Shown: positions 10,013 to 22,880, numbered from the stretch's first letter. The stretch: 64,000 nt of DNA from an uncultured Bacteroidales bacterium (GCA_963828775.1 CAWHGX010000025.1:41377-105376), one strand, 5' to 3'. The notes: generated by a model not told the origin, from the sequence alone. Made by a program: numbers and translations.

Positions 10013-11000
10013 TAATAATGATTTGGATTTTCATCCTGCCACTCATTTATACCATCCCGCAGCCTGTTACGGAATGTAAGCGTATCAGTGCAATGATATG
10101 TGTAGAATGGAGATGCCGTTTCAGTGTACTTATATTTGAGTACGATCTTCCTTTCCTGCAAGCAGCCTGGAATTATTAAATATAGCATTCACCATCCTGC
10201 GTGAAAGCATATGATGCATCTGTTCCGGCACTAAGGTAGATCTTATTACCCTTAAGAGTCAGATTAAGTTGCTTTTTGCCCGCTGTGATAGTTTTATTGT
10301 AATACCCATTGCATGTCAGTGTGCTTGGTCCGGCGGTAGTCAGACTCCATATCAGGTTTTCCTGAGTCGGAATGGTCGTTTTGTAAACGATTGTGGTATC
10401 GGCTTTTGACGGTCTGTTTACCAGAGCGGACCCTCCGTGCCAGTAGTTGCCAAACAACTTGTTTTCAAACATCAGGCCCACAACATTGTATCTCCTTGAT
10501 TCAAGAATTGAATCAGCATCTGCTGCAGTAATATAAAACGGGAGAACATAGGTCGACACTCTGGTTTTAAGTGAGTCATTGAGAAAATTCGCTGAATCAG
10601 CTTTTATAACAACTGTTCCGCCGTGCCAGCCGGCTTTAATCACCATTGTTGTAGTGCTGGGTGTCATAGTATAGTAACTTGCCGGCAGCATCTGCAAAGC
10701 AGTTACCGGGGTAGCAGCATTTTTGATATACCCCCAGGATGAAGCCTTCATACTTGCCAGCCGTGCAGCTGTAATCAGTTCAGGATTCATAATGAAGCTT
10801 ACATTACGGTCAATTGTATTCTCCACTACTCCACCCAGAGAAACACCTACTTCAATTTTCATACCTTCTCCCACAACAAATGTGCGGACATCCTGCTGTA
10901 AAGAAAAATATATGCTGGTGGTGGGGTAGTCAAGAAGATATTCTTCGTAGCATGAAGCCATCACTATCGAAAGAACTATTAATACTATTATTTTTTTCAT
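10013..11000 (-). pseudogene. PUL-associated surface lipoprotein (DUF1735/DUF4361-like), C-terminus displaced by one frameshift
   Basis: ORF 10176..11000 has lipobox MASC and lies immediately downstream of SusD. A second frame, open from 10188 to the stop at 10013-10015, reads ..IPGCLQERKIVLKYKYTETASPFYTYHCTDTLTFRNRLRDGINEWQDENPNHY. This looks like the conserved C-terminus of such proteins. The shift lies within 10176-10189. Confidence 0.55.
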
Positions 11001-11019
11001 AACTGTTTCTTTTTATGTT

Positions 11020-12888
11020 TTAGTTCCATGAAGACCATCCCTCATTCTGAACAAGCATGCTCATTCTCATCATCTCATTGAAAGGAATTGGATTGTAGGG
11101 TGATGGAAGTTTACGCTCCTCAACCGGCCAGTTAAGATTATATGTAAATGTAGAAGGAGCCGCAGTTTGGATTATATAAGCTCCATGAACCTCTTTGTTG
11201 ATTACATTTTCCCAATCGCTATCGGTCGTCCAGCGCCGCAGATCATAGAATCTTATCCCTTCAAAGCAGGTCTCAATTCTGCGCTCGTTTTTGACGAATC
11301 TGTCAAATTCGTCTTCGCCGGCTGCTGCAACCTCATCAAGGTATGGATCATTAACATTGAAAGCAGGAGTTGCTCCATCATAGGTTTTCCTTGCCCTCAA
11401 ATACTTAATAGCTGCTTTTGGTGTCAGTCCGTAAAGTGCTACTTCAGGATCGCCTGTCACATGGTTGGCTGCTTCAGCGAAAGCAAGGACAAAATGGGCC
11501 CAGCGATAAATGAATTTGGAGTGCGGAGCTGATACAACGGTAGCATCGGACCAGTTTACATTCATATATACAAACTTTTTAATATGGTAATTTGTACGGC
11601 TGTTATCCGAACTTGTACCGGCAGCATCTTTACCTGGACCGTCAACACCCTCATTCCAGTTTTGAAAGGTGTACATAGTGGCACCCCCTGTTAGTTTTTT
11701 GGCTAACGCTGTATTATGGAAGATCACACTGTAAAACCTCGGATCACGACCGGCATAAGGATTAGCAGGATCATATAAACCACGGTTTGCAGGATCATCA
11801 ATGGGGTAACCGTTTGCCATTCCAAACGAATTAACGAGTTCCTGTGTTGCGCCAATCAGACCATCACCCTGGAACCCGCCGGGATAAAACAATCTCTCCA
11901 TGACAGTATTACCGGTATTGTATCGGGTTGAGAAGACAATCTCAGGTGAGTTGGGGTTAGTGAAGATCACAGCATCGGCAGGCCTGAAGCTGTTAGCGCT
12001 TGCAATATTATCAACAGTCAGTTTAAAGTTGATGATCTTTTGGGCATATCTTGCCGCGCTGTCCCAGCGTGCAACATCGTTACCGGGATTGAACCTCGGA
12101 GAAGCCCATGTAAGATAAACATTTGCCTTGATCCCCATTGTTGCTATATCATCGAAACGGTTCCAGTATTTACCTCCAAGGTAACTCCGGTCAGTTCCCG
12201 AAGGGTAGAGAAAATCCCTGTGTGCCAGCGGGAGGTATTTGATGGCTGAATCGCAGTCAGCAATTATTTGCTTTACGCAATCATCATAGGTGTTGCGCTC
12301 ATAATTGACTTCGTCGTCAATATCTATTACGTCTGTAACTATCGGGAAGCCAAGCATCTGTCCGTTTGTTCCCTTACCTCCGAATTTCTGCAGGAGGTCC
12401 CATTCAAACCATGCACGCAGAGCAAATGCTTCACCCTGCAGACGGGTCCTGACCTGGTTATTATACAGTTCTTTTACTAAATATCTGGTATTGTAACCAC
12501 GCCTGTCTTTCAGGAAAGTATTGCACTGGGCGATCGACCTGTAATCACGGTCCCAGTATCTTTCGAAAGGATCGTTCGAAGAAGTCATTGTATTAACAGC
12601 ATACCTGGCCATTGCTTCAGTCTCACTGGTAATTTTTGTAATTACTGCATCGTCTGTAACACCGTCAAGATAGACACCTTCATTGTTATTGTAGTTCCTT
12701 TGGTTACCGCCCACATCAGTTTCAGCTATGTTATCATAACATCTGTTTATTAAGCCCTGCACCAGATTCTGGTAATCCCAGATGGTTTCACTATCGTAGT
12801 TCCCGTTTGGCCAGGGCTCCAGGTAATCCTCACAGGAGGCTATCAGAACTAAAATGAATCCAAAAAGTATAATTTTTTTAGTCTTCAT
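11020..12888 (-). CDS. susD: SusD/RagB-family nutrient-binding outer-membrane lipoprotein (PUL-1)
   Basis: 622-aa ORF with lipobox IASC. It has the SusD-like C-terminal motif FEGIRFYDLRRW and ends ..NEGW.. It is adjacent to a SusC gene. Confidence 0.9.
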   Translation of the reverse strand: MKTKKIILFGFILVLIASCEDYLEPWPNGNYDSETIWDYQNLVQGLINRCYDNIAETDVGGNQRNYNNNEGVYLDGVTDDAVITKITSETEAMARYAVNTMTSSNDPFERYWDRDYRSIAQCNTFLKDRRGYNTRYLVKELYNNQVRTRLQGEAFALRAWFEWDLLQKFGGKGTNGQMLGFPIVTDVIDIDDEVNYERNTYDDCVKQIIADCDSAIKYLPLAHRDFLYPSGTDRSYLGGKYWNRFDDIATMGIKANVYLTWASPRFNPGNDVARWDSAARYAQKIINFKLTVDNIASANSFRPADAVIFTNPNSPEIVFSTRYNTGNTVMERLFYPGGFQGDGLIGATQELVNSFGMANGYPIDDPANRGLYDPANPYAGRDPRFYSVIFHNTALAKKLTGGATMYTFQNWNEGVDGPGKDAAGTSSDNSRTNYHIKKFVYMNVNWSDATVVSAPHSKFIYRWAHFVLAFAEAANHVTGDPEVALYGLTPKAAIKYLRARKTYDGATPAFNVNDPYLDEVAAAGEDEFDRFVKNERRIETCFEGIRFYDLRRWTTDSDWENVINKEVHGAYIIQTAAPSTFTYNLNWPVEERKLPSPYNPIPFNEMMRMSMLVQNEGWSSWN

Positions 12889-12900
12889 AATTACTAGATT

Positions 12901-15900
12901 TTAGAAATTAAACTTAACTCCTCCTGAGAAGGTTTTGAACAGCGGATATGCGTTTACACCAGCACAAAGGTTGGTAGAGGTGCCGTTAATGTTTCCGGTG
13001 TAGATCGTTTCAGGATCGACATCCTTGACCTTTGACAGGGTAATCAGGTTGGCTCCTCTGACATAGATACGGATTCCACGGCCTCCCATAAACTGAAGCA
13101 GTTTTGCGGGAATGGTATAGGCCAGTTCGATATTCTGGATCTTGAAATAGTCTCCTTTTGTAATCCAGAAATCAGACATTACAAAGTTATTGTTCACCTT
13201 ATTATATGTCAGCCGCGGATATGCTCCTCCGATATTATCTTTTACAAAATCGGAGTAGTTATTGTCCTGCCAGCCGTTCCAGTAATAGGGGTTGTTAAGA
13301 GCTATGTCGTAAAATGCTCTTCCCGAACCGAGAATAAAAAGATCAAAGTTTTTATATTTCAGCGAAATATTGACACCATAATAAAGACGCGGTGATGAGT
13401 GGCCTATTACTGTCTGATCAAGATCATCAACAAATCCGTCCTTATTTATGTCCTCATATTTAAGATCACCTTTAAAATTCTGAGCATCAAACATCTGTAT
13501 CGGGGTACTTCCTCCTCCCTGCGCTTCTTCATCGGTGTTGAATTTACCCAGGCATTTAAAACCAAATGTAGCATCAGATTCTTTGCCTGTTCTGACCAGG
13601 TAATCAAACCTGTAATTGGGTTCATCATATTTTATCCTTTTACCCTTTGCAGTGGTTGCATTAGCTCCGACAGTAAGAATAACTTCTCCAACCTTCGTGG
13701 TATAAGTAAGGTCTGCTCCCAGAGCGTTATACCTGGTCTGGTTGTAATTGTAATATGGTCTTGCCCCGTTATATCCTGCAAGGAAAGGCAATACATGTGA
13801 GACCCGTGAAATAGTTCCATCAACCAGCCAGTTATAATAGGTCATGCTGAATGTAACCTTATTGTTGAATAATACTGCGTCGAATCCGGCATTGATCTCA
13901 TGTCTCTTCTCCCAGGTTATTACCGGATTACCTGTCCTGTGAAAGATATGATCTGGTAACTGCATCTTCCCTGGTAGTTCCAAACCAGGTTGGTGAAGAG
14001 GTTAATGGTCCGAAGCCCCAGGGAGTAGTGGTGCTGGTAGAGGAGGTTGAGCTCCACCTGTCAACATAGTAAAGGTTTGGGAAATATGTTTCATTTCCTG
14101 CAACACCTCCCTGAGCACGCAGCTTCAGATAATTAAGAAACTTAATGTTCGACATGAAACTCTCATCGGATATGACGTAGTTACCACCGACAGCCCAGTT
14201 CAGGATGTTCCGGTAATCCTTGTCAAAGCTTGAGTTGCCCGCATAATTGAGTACTCCCTGGAAAGAATACTTATCCTTGATGGAGTACATCAGCGACCAC
14301 ACAGTATTTCGTTGGCGCTGAGGCTCTTCCAGCCCGTTAATATATGTCAGTACCTGACTGTAGGTCAGTGTCGACTGAAGATTGCTGCTGGCAAATGATC
14401 TGTCGTAACTGAGCTCCTCATAAAACGCATAACGCTGAAAATAATAATCCATAAGCTTATACAGGTCAGCCTGTTTGATGAGTGAGTGATCGTTAGACTT
14501 GGTCAGGGCAAGGGTGGTCGGATCAACTGTGTAAGCAAGGTAATCGTTTGCTTTTCCGATACGTACAGTATTATGAATGTTGAATCCAAAAAAAGTTGTC
14601 GACTTAAGGCCTTTAATAAGTTTATCGGCATCGTAGGTCAGGGAAATATTGGAAGCTCCTGTCCGGCCTCTGTCTGTATAAAAGCCCTGGTCAACCAGGT
14701 TCCCTATCAGGTTATTTGGATACAGAGCACTTACGCCATACCATGGAGTATTACTCGTAGTATCGTAATATGCCCATATAGGGAAAGCAACAGGAGGGAC
14801 GTTATGAATGTCGTTAAGAATTGAAGGCAATTCAGTGAGAGTAAGAGTTGAGTTATCCGTACCTTCGGAGGTATACTGAGGGTCGTATCCATAGTTAGGT
14901 GAACGGCGGAAAGTAAGGTTCCCGTAAAAACCGATCATTGCAGTGATCTGGTCATTGATCTTTACATTGACATTCTGCCGTGTGGTTATCCTGTTATAAT
15001 CAGATTTTGAACCCATATCAATAATATCACCCTCACCTGCATAACCCAGGTATGAATTATACTGGACAATGTCGTTACCTCCCGACGATGAAAGGTTCAC
15101 TCTTCTGAACTCCTTTGTTTTATCGAGCATGAGATCTGCGTAATCGGCACTCGGGTACCGGAGGTCATATCCATCGTTCTTTGCGTAACCGGCTATTGCA
15201 GTGCTTGAGTATATTTCAGGTAATCCATCGTTCACCCTTGCCTGGTTCTGGAGTCTTGCATAATCAGCTCCCGAAACATAACCGGGCATGCGGTCGACCA
15301 CGCTTACACCATTTTCTATATCGATGTGAAGCAGGCGTTCGTTTTTTGTACCAAGCCTGGTTTTGATGTAAAGCACTCCGCTGGTTGCTGCAGGACCGTA
15401 CATTATTGTTCCAAGGATGCCTTTCATCAGTGTGACTGATTCGATCTCTGAAGGATCGATAGTGTACTCCTGGAGATCTGCAGGGACATTGTCAACAATT
15501 ACATATGGTGCACCTCCGAATTTATCGGTCGAACCATAACTGTTTGAAAGGCCGGAATAATTCTGAAGTCCTTCGAGTGCGCTTAATCCGGGCGATCCAT
15601 CTAATTCCCTGACATCATACATTGATGAAATCCCGGAAAGAGAATTACGAAGGTCGGTTGACGGATATCGTGCAAAATAAGATCCGGCTATTACCGTTTC
15701 CGGTCCCGTAAGGTTGCGTCTTTTAAGAGTTGTAAAAGGTAATGGTACATTATCATCGGAAGTCAAATGTATCTTGCCATGAATAAGGGTAACAGTTTTT
15801 TTCTGCATCAGGTCAATTACCGGAAGTACATTCTTCTCAAATAAAGGAGCAGTTATGGTTACAACATCCTCAGGGTATCCCCTGAATGATACCGAACCAT

Positions 15901-16121
15901 TTGCGTCGGTCCGGGCATGGGTAATTCCTTCGCCCACTACCACGCTTGCATCGGGTATCGGCGTTCCGCTCTCATCAACAACTTTAAGAACGACGTCGAA
16001 CAGCTGCCTGACCTTTTTCTCTTTCTGTACCTGTGCATCTGACAGGACATGAAAGCAGAATGACAATTATTAAAAGCCCGGCTAATCTGATTTTCTTATA
16101 TAAAATATTATTAAATCTCAT
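12901..16121 (-). pseudogene. susC: SusC-family TonB-dependent transporter (PUL-1), at least two frameshifts
   Basis: ORFs 13928..16066 and 12901..13983 are contiguous parts of one SusC (carboxypeptidase-regulatory-like domain, plug, barrel, C-terminal ..GGVKFNF). The signal peptide MRFNNILYKKIRLAGLLIIVI starts at ATG 16121 in a third frame. Frame switches lie near 13950-13985 and 16055-16075. Confidence 0.85.
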
Positions 16122-16145
16122 AAACTTTCGTTTTAATGGTTCATG

Positions 16146-18036
16146 TTACCAGACTGGATTTGCAACAAAATTTTTCATTTTCAGAGCATCCGCATTCAGG
16201 AACGGCAGATAATACATCCCCTCTTCCCACGCAGGCTGACGGTCAGCAGGCAGCTCTGTACGCTCATATTTGAATCCTGTCGGGTAATTGACAAGATCAG
16301 TAGTTTTCTGTGGAATAATTGCGATCAGTTTGCCTGACATCACTGTCTGCAAGCTCCATCCAGCGACGGATGTCGTCGTAATAATGCTGTCCTTCAAAGG
16401 AGAGTTCCACGTTACGCTCATTCTTGATCCTTGGTCTGAAAGCTTCCCTGGAAGCAATAAATGCAGGAAGAACGTCCGGCATCCCGGATTTCGTCCTGAT
16501 AAGATTGATAGCGGCAACCGCAGTCAGTGATGATCCGGGAGCTGTTCCCATCGGACCGTAAGCCTCATTGACAGCTTCAGCATAGTTGAGATAAAGCTCT
16601 GAAAGTCTGAATATGGGATCGGAATATATGGAAGAGCTGTTTTGATTTTTCGTGCTGTTATTCGCCCAGTATTTCCTCAGAGCGTATCCGGTATATGATC
16701 TGCCATTCCATGTGGTAACAAGCAGTTCAGAAGGAGTTGTCCCGTCATACCAGATCTGTGCCTTGTTGTTGGTCCATCCCTGGCAGGGGCTCTGGTTATA
16801 GATAATATCAGTAGCCAGGCGGGGATCTCTGTTGACGAAAGGATCCTGTTCTTTGTATTCACCTGCAGCAACAGCAGCAGCCCTGTCTTCAGCTGTATTT
16901 AGCGGCCATCCGTTTTTTGTCTCGTATTTATCCACCCAGTTTTGAGTAGGATTTATCCCTGAAGCTGAGGCATGCGCCATAAAAGCGCCACCCCATAAAG
17001 TTGCGACTGCTCCGCTTCCACCGCCCCAGTTCCAGGTTTGATTACTCCATATGTTCGTAGTCCAGATGCTTTCATCACATACATCTTTACCATAAAAATT
17101 GAGATGGCGGTCGTTTCCGCTCACTGGATCGGTCAGAGGCAGAATTACAACTCCATTCGATTCAGCCACCTGTATAGCATCCCATGCGGCTGCTGCGGCA
17201 TTCTGCCATTCAGTTATCCCATTCTTATTGTTAAGCGGGCTTGCCGCATAGAGCAGAACCTTTGATTTGAAAGCTTTTGCAGCCATTCCGTTGGGGCGGT
17301 ACATTTCGTAAGCCGCATAGTCAAGCGATCCTGAAACACCAGCCCCGGGATCCCTGCGGATCTTGTCACAAAGATCAAAGAAATAGTATGCTGAATCGAG
17401 ATCCATCGCAATCCTCATCAGATAATCGTTCTTCGGAAGACGGGCAAGATCCCAGGATTCGTCGAACGGGCCCATTACATAATCGAGATATGGCATCGTT
17501 CCCCATAATCTGAAAAGAGTGAAATGGAAAAAAGCTCTGAAGAAATAAGCCTGCCCCCTGAAATCATTCTTTGTATCCTCATTGGCATCCTGTATCCGCT
17601 CTACATTTCTCATGGCAATATTGCAGATCCTTATATCATCGAAACAGACTCCCAGTACAGGCCGTCTTGAACCGTCGTAGCACAACTTACTTACTATTGT
17701 TTCCGACATGTTGCCGCTCTTCCATGCCTGTCCTTCCATGTAACGTCCCTGGTCGCAGGCATCTGTTGTGGAGTTGATGCAATATTTCTGATCCCAGAGG
17801 TCCATATAGAGAGGAGTGCAGCTTCTGTAATTCCATGTATCACGCCAGCCATTGTTATAATACTTCCTCCCGTCATAGATCGCATCGAAAAAGAGTTTGA
17901 AGTTTGCGTATTTTGTAAATACAATATCTTCAGTAAGACCTGATTCAGGAGCCTTGTCGAGATATTCCTTAAGGCATGAGGTGGTTAAGATCAAACTCAT
18001 CCCTGTAATTAATAGCAGTATAAAATGTTTTTTCAT
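16146..18036 (-). pseudogene. susD: SusD/RagB-family lipoprotein (PUL-2), C-terminus frameshifted
   Basis: ORF 16297..18036 has lipobox TSC and ..FEGQHYYDDIRRW. The true C-terminus ..IIPQKTTDLVNYPTGFKYERTELPADRQPAWEEGMYYLPFLNADALKMKNFVANPVW is in the frame of ORF 16146..16517. The switch is around the A3/T3 run at 16329-16331. Confidence 0.85.
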
Positions 18037-18053
18037 AATGACTGTTGTAAATA

Positions 18054-21000
18054 TTAAAATTGGACCTTAATTCCGCCTCTGAATGTAGTCATCTGGGGAT
18101 AATATCCCTGGTAGAAGTTTGTTGCCTCAGGGTCACCCTCGATCAGAGGAGTAATAGTGAAGATGTTGTTTCCGGTTACATATACAAGCAGGTTTGAAAT
18201 ACCTAAAGCCTTATCCAGAGCTGTGGATTTGATGTTATATCCAATGTAGAGATCTTTCAGCCTGAGGTAGGATGCGTTCCTGAAAAACCGGTCTTTTATA
18301 ATTGTCTGATATCCTCTGTCGGCTTCTCCGCCTCCCCAGACAAGATTATCCTGGCTGGATGTCCCGCTGAAATGCATGGTCGCATGAGTTGCATCCTGGT
18401 TAGTTGGTGTCCAGTAATCAAGCTGCTGATTTGTGGACACGCCAGTCACCTTTTATGAATTCAACCTCAAACGCCTGGTTGTACTGAACATATTTTCCCT
18501 GGTTACCTGAGAAGAGAATATTGAAATCAAGGTTTTTCCAGGTAAATCCTCCTGAGAATGAATATGTGATCGGTGGATAGGTCAATCCCGGGATAGCATG
18601 CTTATCAAGTGTATTGATTGTACCGTCAGCATTATAGTCCAGGTATTTATAGTCACCCAGGTATTGTTTGGTATAATCGATCGGTGCAGGATTGTTATGA
18701 ATATCGTCGATAGATGTATAGTATCCTGTGCCTGTAAGCTCAACACCGTTGATTTCGAGACCTTCGAGGCTGTACTCGACATTGAGCATCTCAGTAAGAG
18801 GTTTGCCTGCAAGCTTCATATGGTCAGGATATGCTTCAGGGTCGTCCTTGAATATAACCCTGTTCTCATTCCATCCGAAAACTCCTCTGACAAAATAATC
18901 GAAGTTGGGTGATGGGCTTCTCCTGAATTCCAGTTCAAATTCGATACCATGCTTTTTGACTTTCCCAAGGTTAATCTCCTTGAACGACTGGCCGATGAGC
19001 ATTGTAGTACTTTTTGGTGTCAGCAGCATTTTGTCGCGGTATTCATCAAATCCGTCAATAATCAGTGTGATCATATCGTTGAACAGACCTATTTCAAGAC
19101 CAAGGTCTCTCTTATGAGCCCTTTCCCATTGTGCTTTTGTATTGGGCATCATATCCTCGCGGATATAACCTCCGTTATCTTTAAAGTAAGAACTGGTATA
19201 GAGCCATCTGCTTCTGTGCGTAGTCGCTTCCAACCATACCGTCGGAGTACCGGATTTTTAACCTGTTTATCCAGGGAACTGCAAGCCTGAAAAATGGTTC
19301 CTCCGATACAACCCATCCTACAGCAGCTGATGGGAAAAAACCAAATCTGTTGTCAGGAGCAAATCTTTCGGAACCGGTATAGCCCACATTAAACTCCAGG
19401 AGGTATTTGTGGTTATATTCATATGTTGCTCTTCCGACGAGACCTTCATTGTAGTACGGGAATGTCGATCTCTGCATTTTTCTGCTGGCGGTTAAAAAGT
19501 CCCAGTGCACTGACAGTGTGTCTGCCGAATGTCCTGCCATAGTTTAGTGCCAGCTCATAATAGAGGTCAGCGTAGTAACCACCCTGCAGTCCGCTGGTAT
19601 TTACATCCAGGGGCGGCATGGCTCCATACCTCATTCCCCTCAGCCGGATTCTGTCTGAACCAGGGATTCTGGTCAACTTTCCCGTCACCGTTTGCATCAA
19701 CACCGATCCGGTCAAAGTATAATATATATGTAGGGAAGGTCTGTGAAGCCTGCACCTGCCTGTTGCGGTAATAAGTGCTCAGAGACACTTTCCCGTCCAG
19801 GGAGAGTCCTTTTGTGATAAAGTCAAGCTGCTGCTTGAGAATAAGGTCGGTGAACAGTGTTGATCCCAGCTCTTTGTTGAACTGCCCCGAATGTAACCCG
19901 ATATATGGGTTCCCGGTATATTCACCTGAGGGAAAAGCCAGTCTGTCGCCGGATGCATCAGGATAATCAAGGTCGGGCACCATATCAAGCACCCATGCAG
20001 GGTAGTAGGCAGGACACCTGGTACCTCCGGTAGAATAAAGGTCCCTCCAGACACCGCTGTTCGGATTATTTTTCATGTTCAGGACACCACCTGCCTGCAA
20101 AGTCAATGTTGTTGACTTTGTGATATTGAAGTCGAGATTGGTCCGGTAGTTAAACCTGTGGTTGTAATACCTCATGTCGTAGTACCCGTCTTTTTCCCCT
20201 TTAAAGAAATCGCCTGTGTACTGGTACCCAAATGAAAGGAAGTATTTGGTAAATTCAGTGCCTCCGCTCACATTAAGGTTTGCGTTGGCCACAGGTGCAA
20301 ATTTATTGGTACAAACTTCAAACCAGTTCACATCGGGATACCGGAGTGCATTGAGTTCAGATGACGGATTCTTGTATTCCTCGAGCACGTTTTTCGGAAT
20401 AAGTCCGGTAAATGTCCCATTGTTCATCAAGGCCACATTATACATCGACATTGTTGTGTAAGCATCAATATGGTCAGGGATTCTTGTTGCATACTGAAGT
20501 CCGTAGTCGGCTGAAAAACTCATTCTTGGTTTACCAAGCACGCCGCGTTTTGTTGTTACAACAATAACACCATTAGCTCCTTTTGCACCGAATACTGCAG
20601 TTGCCGAGGCATCTTTAAGAACGGAAATCGTATTGATCTCATTCGGATTAATTCCGACGAAATCGCGTTCCACACCATCAACAAGTACCAGCGGTGCGCT
20701 TCCGTTCCAGCTTGACAGACCACGTACATAAATATTTGCTGCATCTGATCCGGGTTCGGCATCCTGCTGGATTGTCAACACGCCGGAAAGTTTACCCGCA
20801 ATAGCGTTCGTTATGGTTGTTTCTCCAGCCTGCATAATGGTGGCATTGTCTATCTGTGTGATAGCACCGACAACACTCTCTTTTTTCTGAGTACCATAAC
20901 CAACTACCACAACTTCTGAAATCGCTGTTACTTCAGTAGCCATGGAAATGGACAGATCAGTACCCGGAGCAGCAGTTTGCTCCTGTGTGGTATACCCAAT

Positions 21001-21303
21001 AAAAGAAAACTGAAGTATAGCTTGTTTTTCAGTTACCGGTATAGAGAACTTACCATTAGCATCAGTAAGAGCACCAACTGTTGTACCTTTTATTATCACA
21101 GTCACTCCAACGAGCGGCTCACCAGTGGCGGCGTCTTTAACAGTCCCTGTGATATTGTTTTGTTGAAAAGTACCCGGCTCTGAACCTGCTAATGCAGTCG
21201 TCAGTGAGCAGATAAGCATCAAAATGCACAATTTTGTCGCTATCAATGGCTTCAGCCACTGACCATAGGCAAAATACAATCTTTTTTCATAAATTTTTTT
21301 CAT
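18054..21303 (-). pseudogene. susC: SusC-family TonB-dependent transporter (PUL-2), split into 5 ORF fragments (4 frameshifts)
   Basis: ORFs 19567..21303, 19446..19715, 19181..19540, 18418..19233 and 18054..18449 are consecutive, co-linear SusC segments. The first has the signal peptide, the carboxypeptidase-regulatory-like domain and the plug; the last ends ..RGGIKVQF. Three junctions map to homopolymers (C4 19636-19639, T5 19477-19481, T4 18451-18454). Confidence 0.85.
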
Positions 21304-21835
21304 GCATTTAAAATGGATTAAATATTAATTTGTCTACAAGTTGATCGATTAATTCACCATCAACACACATTGTGGTAATAAAAAATTAAAGTGATTTTAC
21401 TGAAGGATCAGGACAATTTGGCAATTTCTAAAAAGGAAAACTTCGAAAAAACCTTTGATCAGCATTTTTACAGTTGATCCCTGCAAAGTGAACCTTTAGA
21501 AAGGGCGGTTACCAATCCGAATTCGTGAGTACTCTTTTTTTCATACAATGGAGGTTAGGTTAGGCAAAATAATTAAGGTACAAGTTAGCTTGTTAATATA
21601 AAGCAAATTGATAAAGTGCTTCGGAAAAGGACTAAATGATTCATAAATACCAGGTTAGGAGTATTTTGAGGCACAGGTTACATTTTTCCTTCTAACAATT
21701 TTAAGAAAAAACAAACAAATTAACAAACTTTTAACTGTTATTTTGTTACTACTTTTAAACCAGGGTGCGAAAATTTGTACTTCATCCATCTTTCAATTAT
21801 TTTTACTCATTCAGATAACCAATTACGACCTTATC

Positions 21836-22828
21836 ATGAAAAAGCTGGTAATAACATTATCTTCCTTTCTATTAATCGTCTGCAACTCATTTAGTCAGAA
21901 GATTCCCACCGGCAGCCCGGCAGATTTTAAGCTTAAGCCATGCCTGCATTCTGTAAGCTATATGGGTGTCTGGCGCGGACAGGCGACCCTTACTGTTGAC
22001 GAATTTCTGTTGAAGGCAAAAGAACTGGGATTTGATGCGGTGATGCTTGCCGCAAAAAGGCCTCATGTTTCCCCGGTCGACTATGACGACAATGCACGTG
22101 CAAAGCTTAAAGCAAGGATCAAAGAGCTTGGCCTTGAACTGGTTTGTCTCGCAGGATATACTGATTTCGTCGCCGGTGCCGACAAAGCCGGAATACCAAA
22201 TGTTGAAATACAGGCAGCTTATGTTGGCGAACTTGCCCGCCTGGCCCGGGATCTGGGTACTAACATGGTACGGATCTTTACGGGCTACGAGCGGCCTGAC
22301 ATTCCCTACGACAAACAGTATGACCTCGTTGTCGAAGGACTCCGGATGGCAGGAAAACTGGCAGCAAAATATGGCGTTACTCTGGCTGTTCAAAACCACC
22401 ACGACATAGCACTTCATCACGATGCCATGAAATGGCTTCTGGATGAGGTCAATCTCCCTAATGTAAAAGCTGCCTTCGACTGCTGGTCACCGACTCTTGA
22501 AGGACTATCTCCCGAAGAAATAAAAGAGGCCATACTTACCATGAAGCCTTATATTGTCCATACAACGACAGCAGACTATGAAGAACTCCCAAGGTTCAGG
22601 TACGACCTGACCCATACAAACTATACTCAACTTGAATCACAGATGAGAGCTGTTCCTATCGGAGAAGGATTTCTTGATTATAAGACTTTCATTAATACTC
22701 TTAAAGAAATAGGATACCAGGGATATATAGCTTATGAGATGTGCGAAGTGCTGAAAGGAGGAGGTTCGGTTGAAAACCTTGATAAAACCGCAAAAGCATT
22801 CCTCGAATATGTGAAACAGTTTAAATAG
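21836..22828 (+). CDS. Secreted sugar phosphate isomerase/epimerase (xylose isomerase-like TIM barrel) family protein
   Basis: The ORF track starts at 21743, but the signal peptide MKKLVITLSSFLLIVCNSFSQ begins at ATG 21836. The TIM-barrel motifs are GFDAVML..VRIFTG..LAVQNHHD..IAYEMCE. Confidence 0.8.
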   Translation: MKKLVITLSSFLLIVCNSFSQKIPTGSPADFKLKPCLHSVSYMGVWRGQATLTVDEFLLKAKELGFDAVMLAAKRPHVSPVDYDDNARAKLKARIKELGLELVCLAGYTDFVAGADKAGIPNVEIQAAYVGELARLARDLGTNMVRIFTGYERPDIPYDKQYDLVVEGLRMAGKLAAKYGVTLAVQNHHDIALHHDAMKWLLDEVNLPNVKAAFDCWSPTLEGLSPEEIKEAILTMKPYIVHTTTADYEELPRFRYDLTHTNYTQLESQMRAVPIGEGFLDYKTFINTLKEIGYQGYIAYEMCEVLKGGGSVENLDKTAKAFLEYVKQFK

Positions 22829-22833
22829 GCAGA

Positions 22834-22865
22834 AGGTGCGAGGTGCGAGGTGCGAGGTGCGAGGT
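22834..22865. repeat. Tandem heptamer (AGGTGCG) x4.5
   Basis: There are exact copies at 22834, 22841, 22848 and 22855, plus a partial AGGT. The array starts 6 nt after the stop of the TIM-barrel gene. Confidence 0.9.
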
Positions 22866-22880
22866 AAAAGCACAACCAAA

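Noticed and set aside
9988-10179. The 63-aa plus-strand ORF in the gap between the esterase gene and the PUL lipoprotein gene.
   Set aside because: The same DNA on the minus strand encodes a convincing conserved-looking C-terminal extension of the lipoprotein (..DTLTFRNRLRDGINEWQDENPNHY). The plus-strand translation is hydrophobic low complexity.
21509-21544. The mini-ORF MKKRVLTNSDW* on the minus strand, in the 532-bp region upstream of SusC-2. It looks like the start of a signal peptide.
   Set aside because: It is only 11 codons, with no continuation in any frame that I could see. It could be a gene remnant, but nothing supports a function.
21743-21835. N-terminal extensions given by the ORF track: 21743 for the TIM-barrel gene, 46687 for the aminotransferase, 51470 for trpB2 and 35622 for cimA.
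   Set aside because: In each case an internal ATG gives a canonical N-terminus (a signal peptide, or a conserved start such as [15 protein letters not shown]). The extension overlaps the upstream gene, a terminator hairpin, or non-coding A/T-rich sequence.
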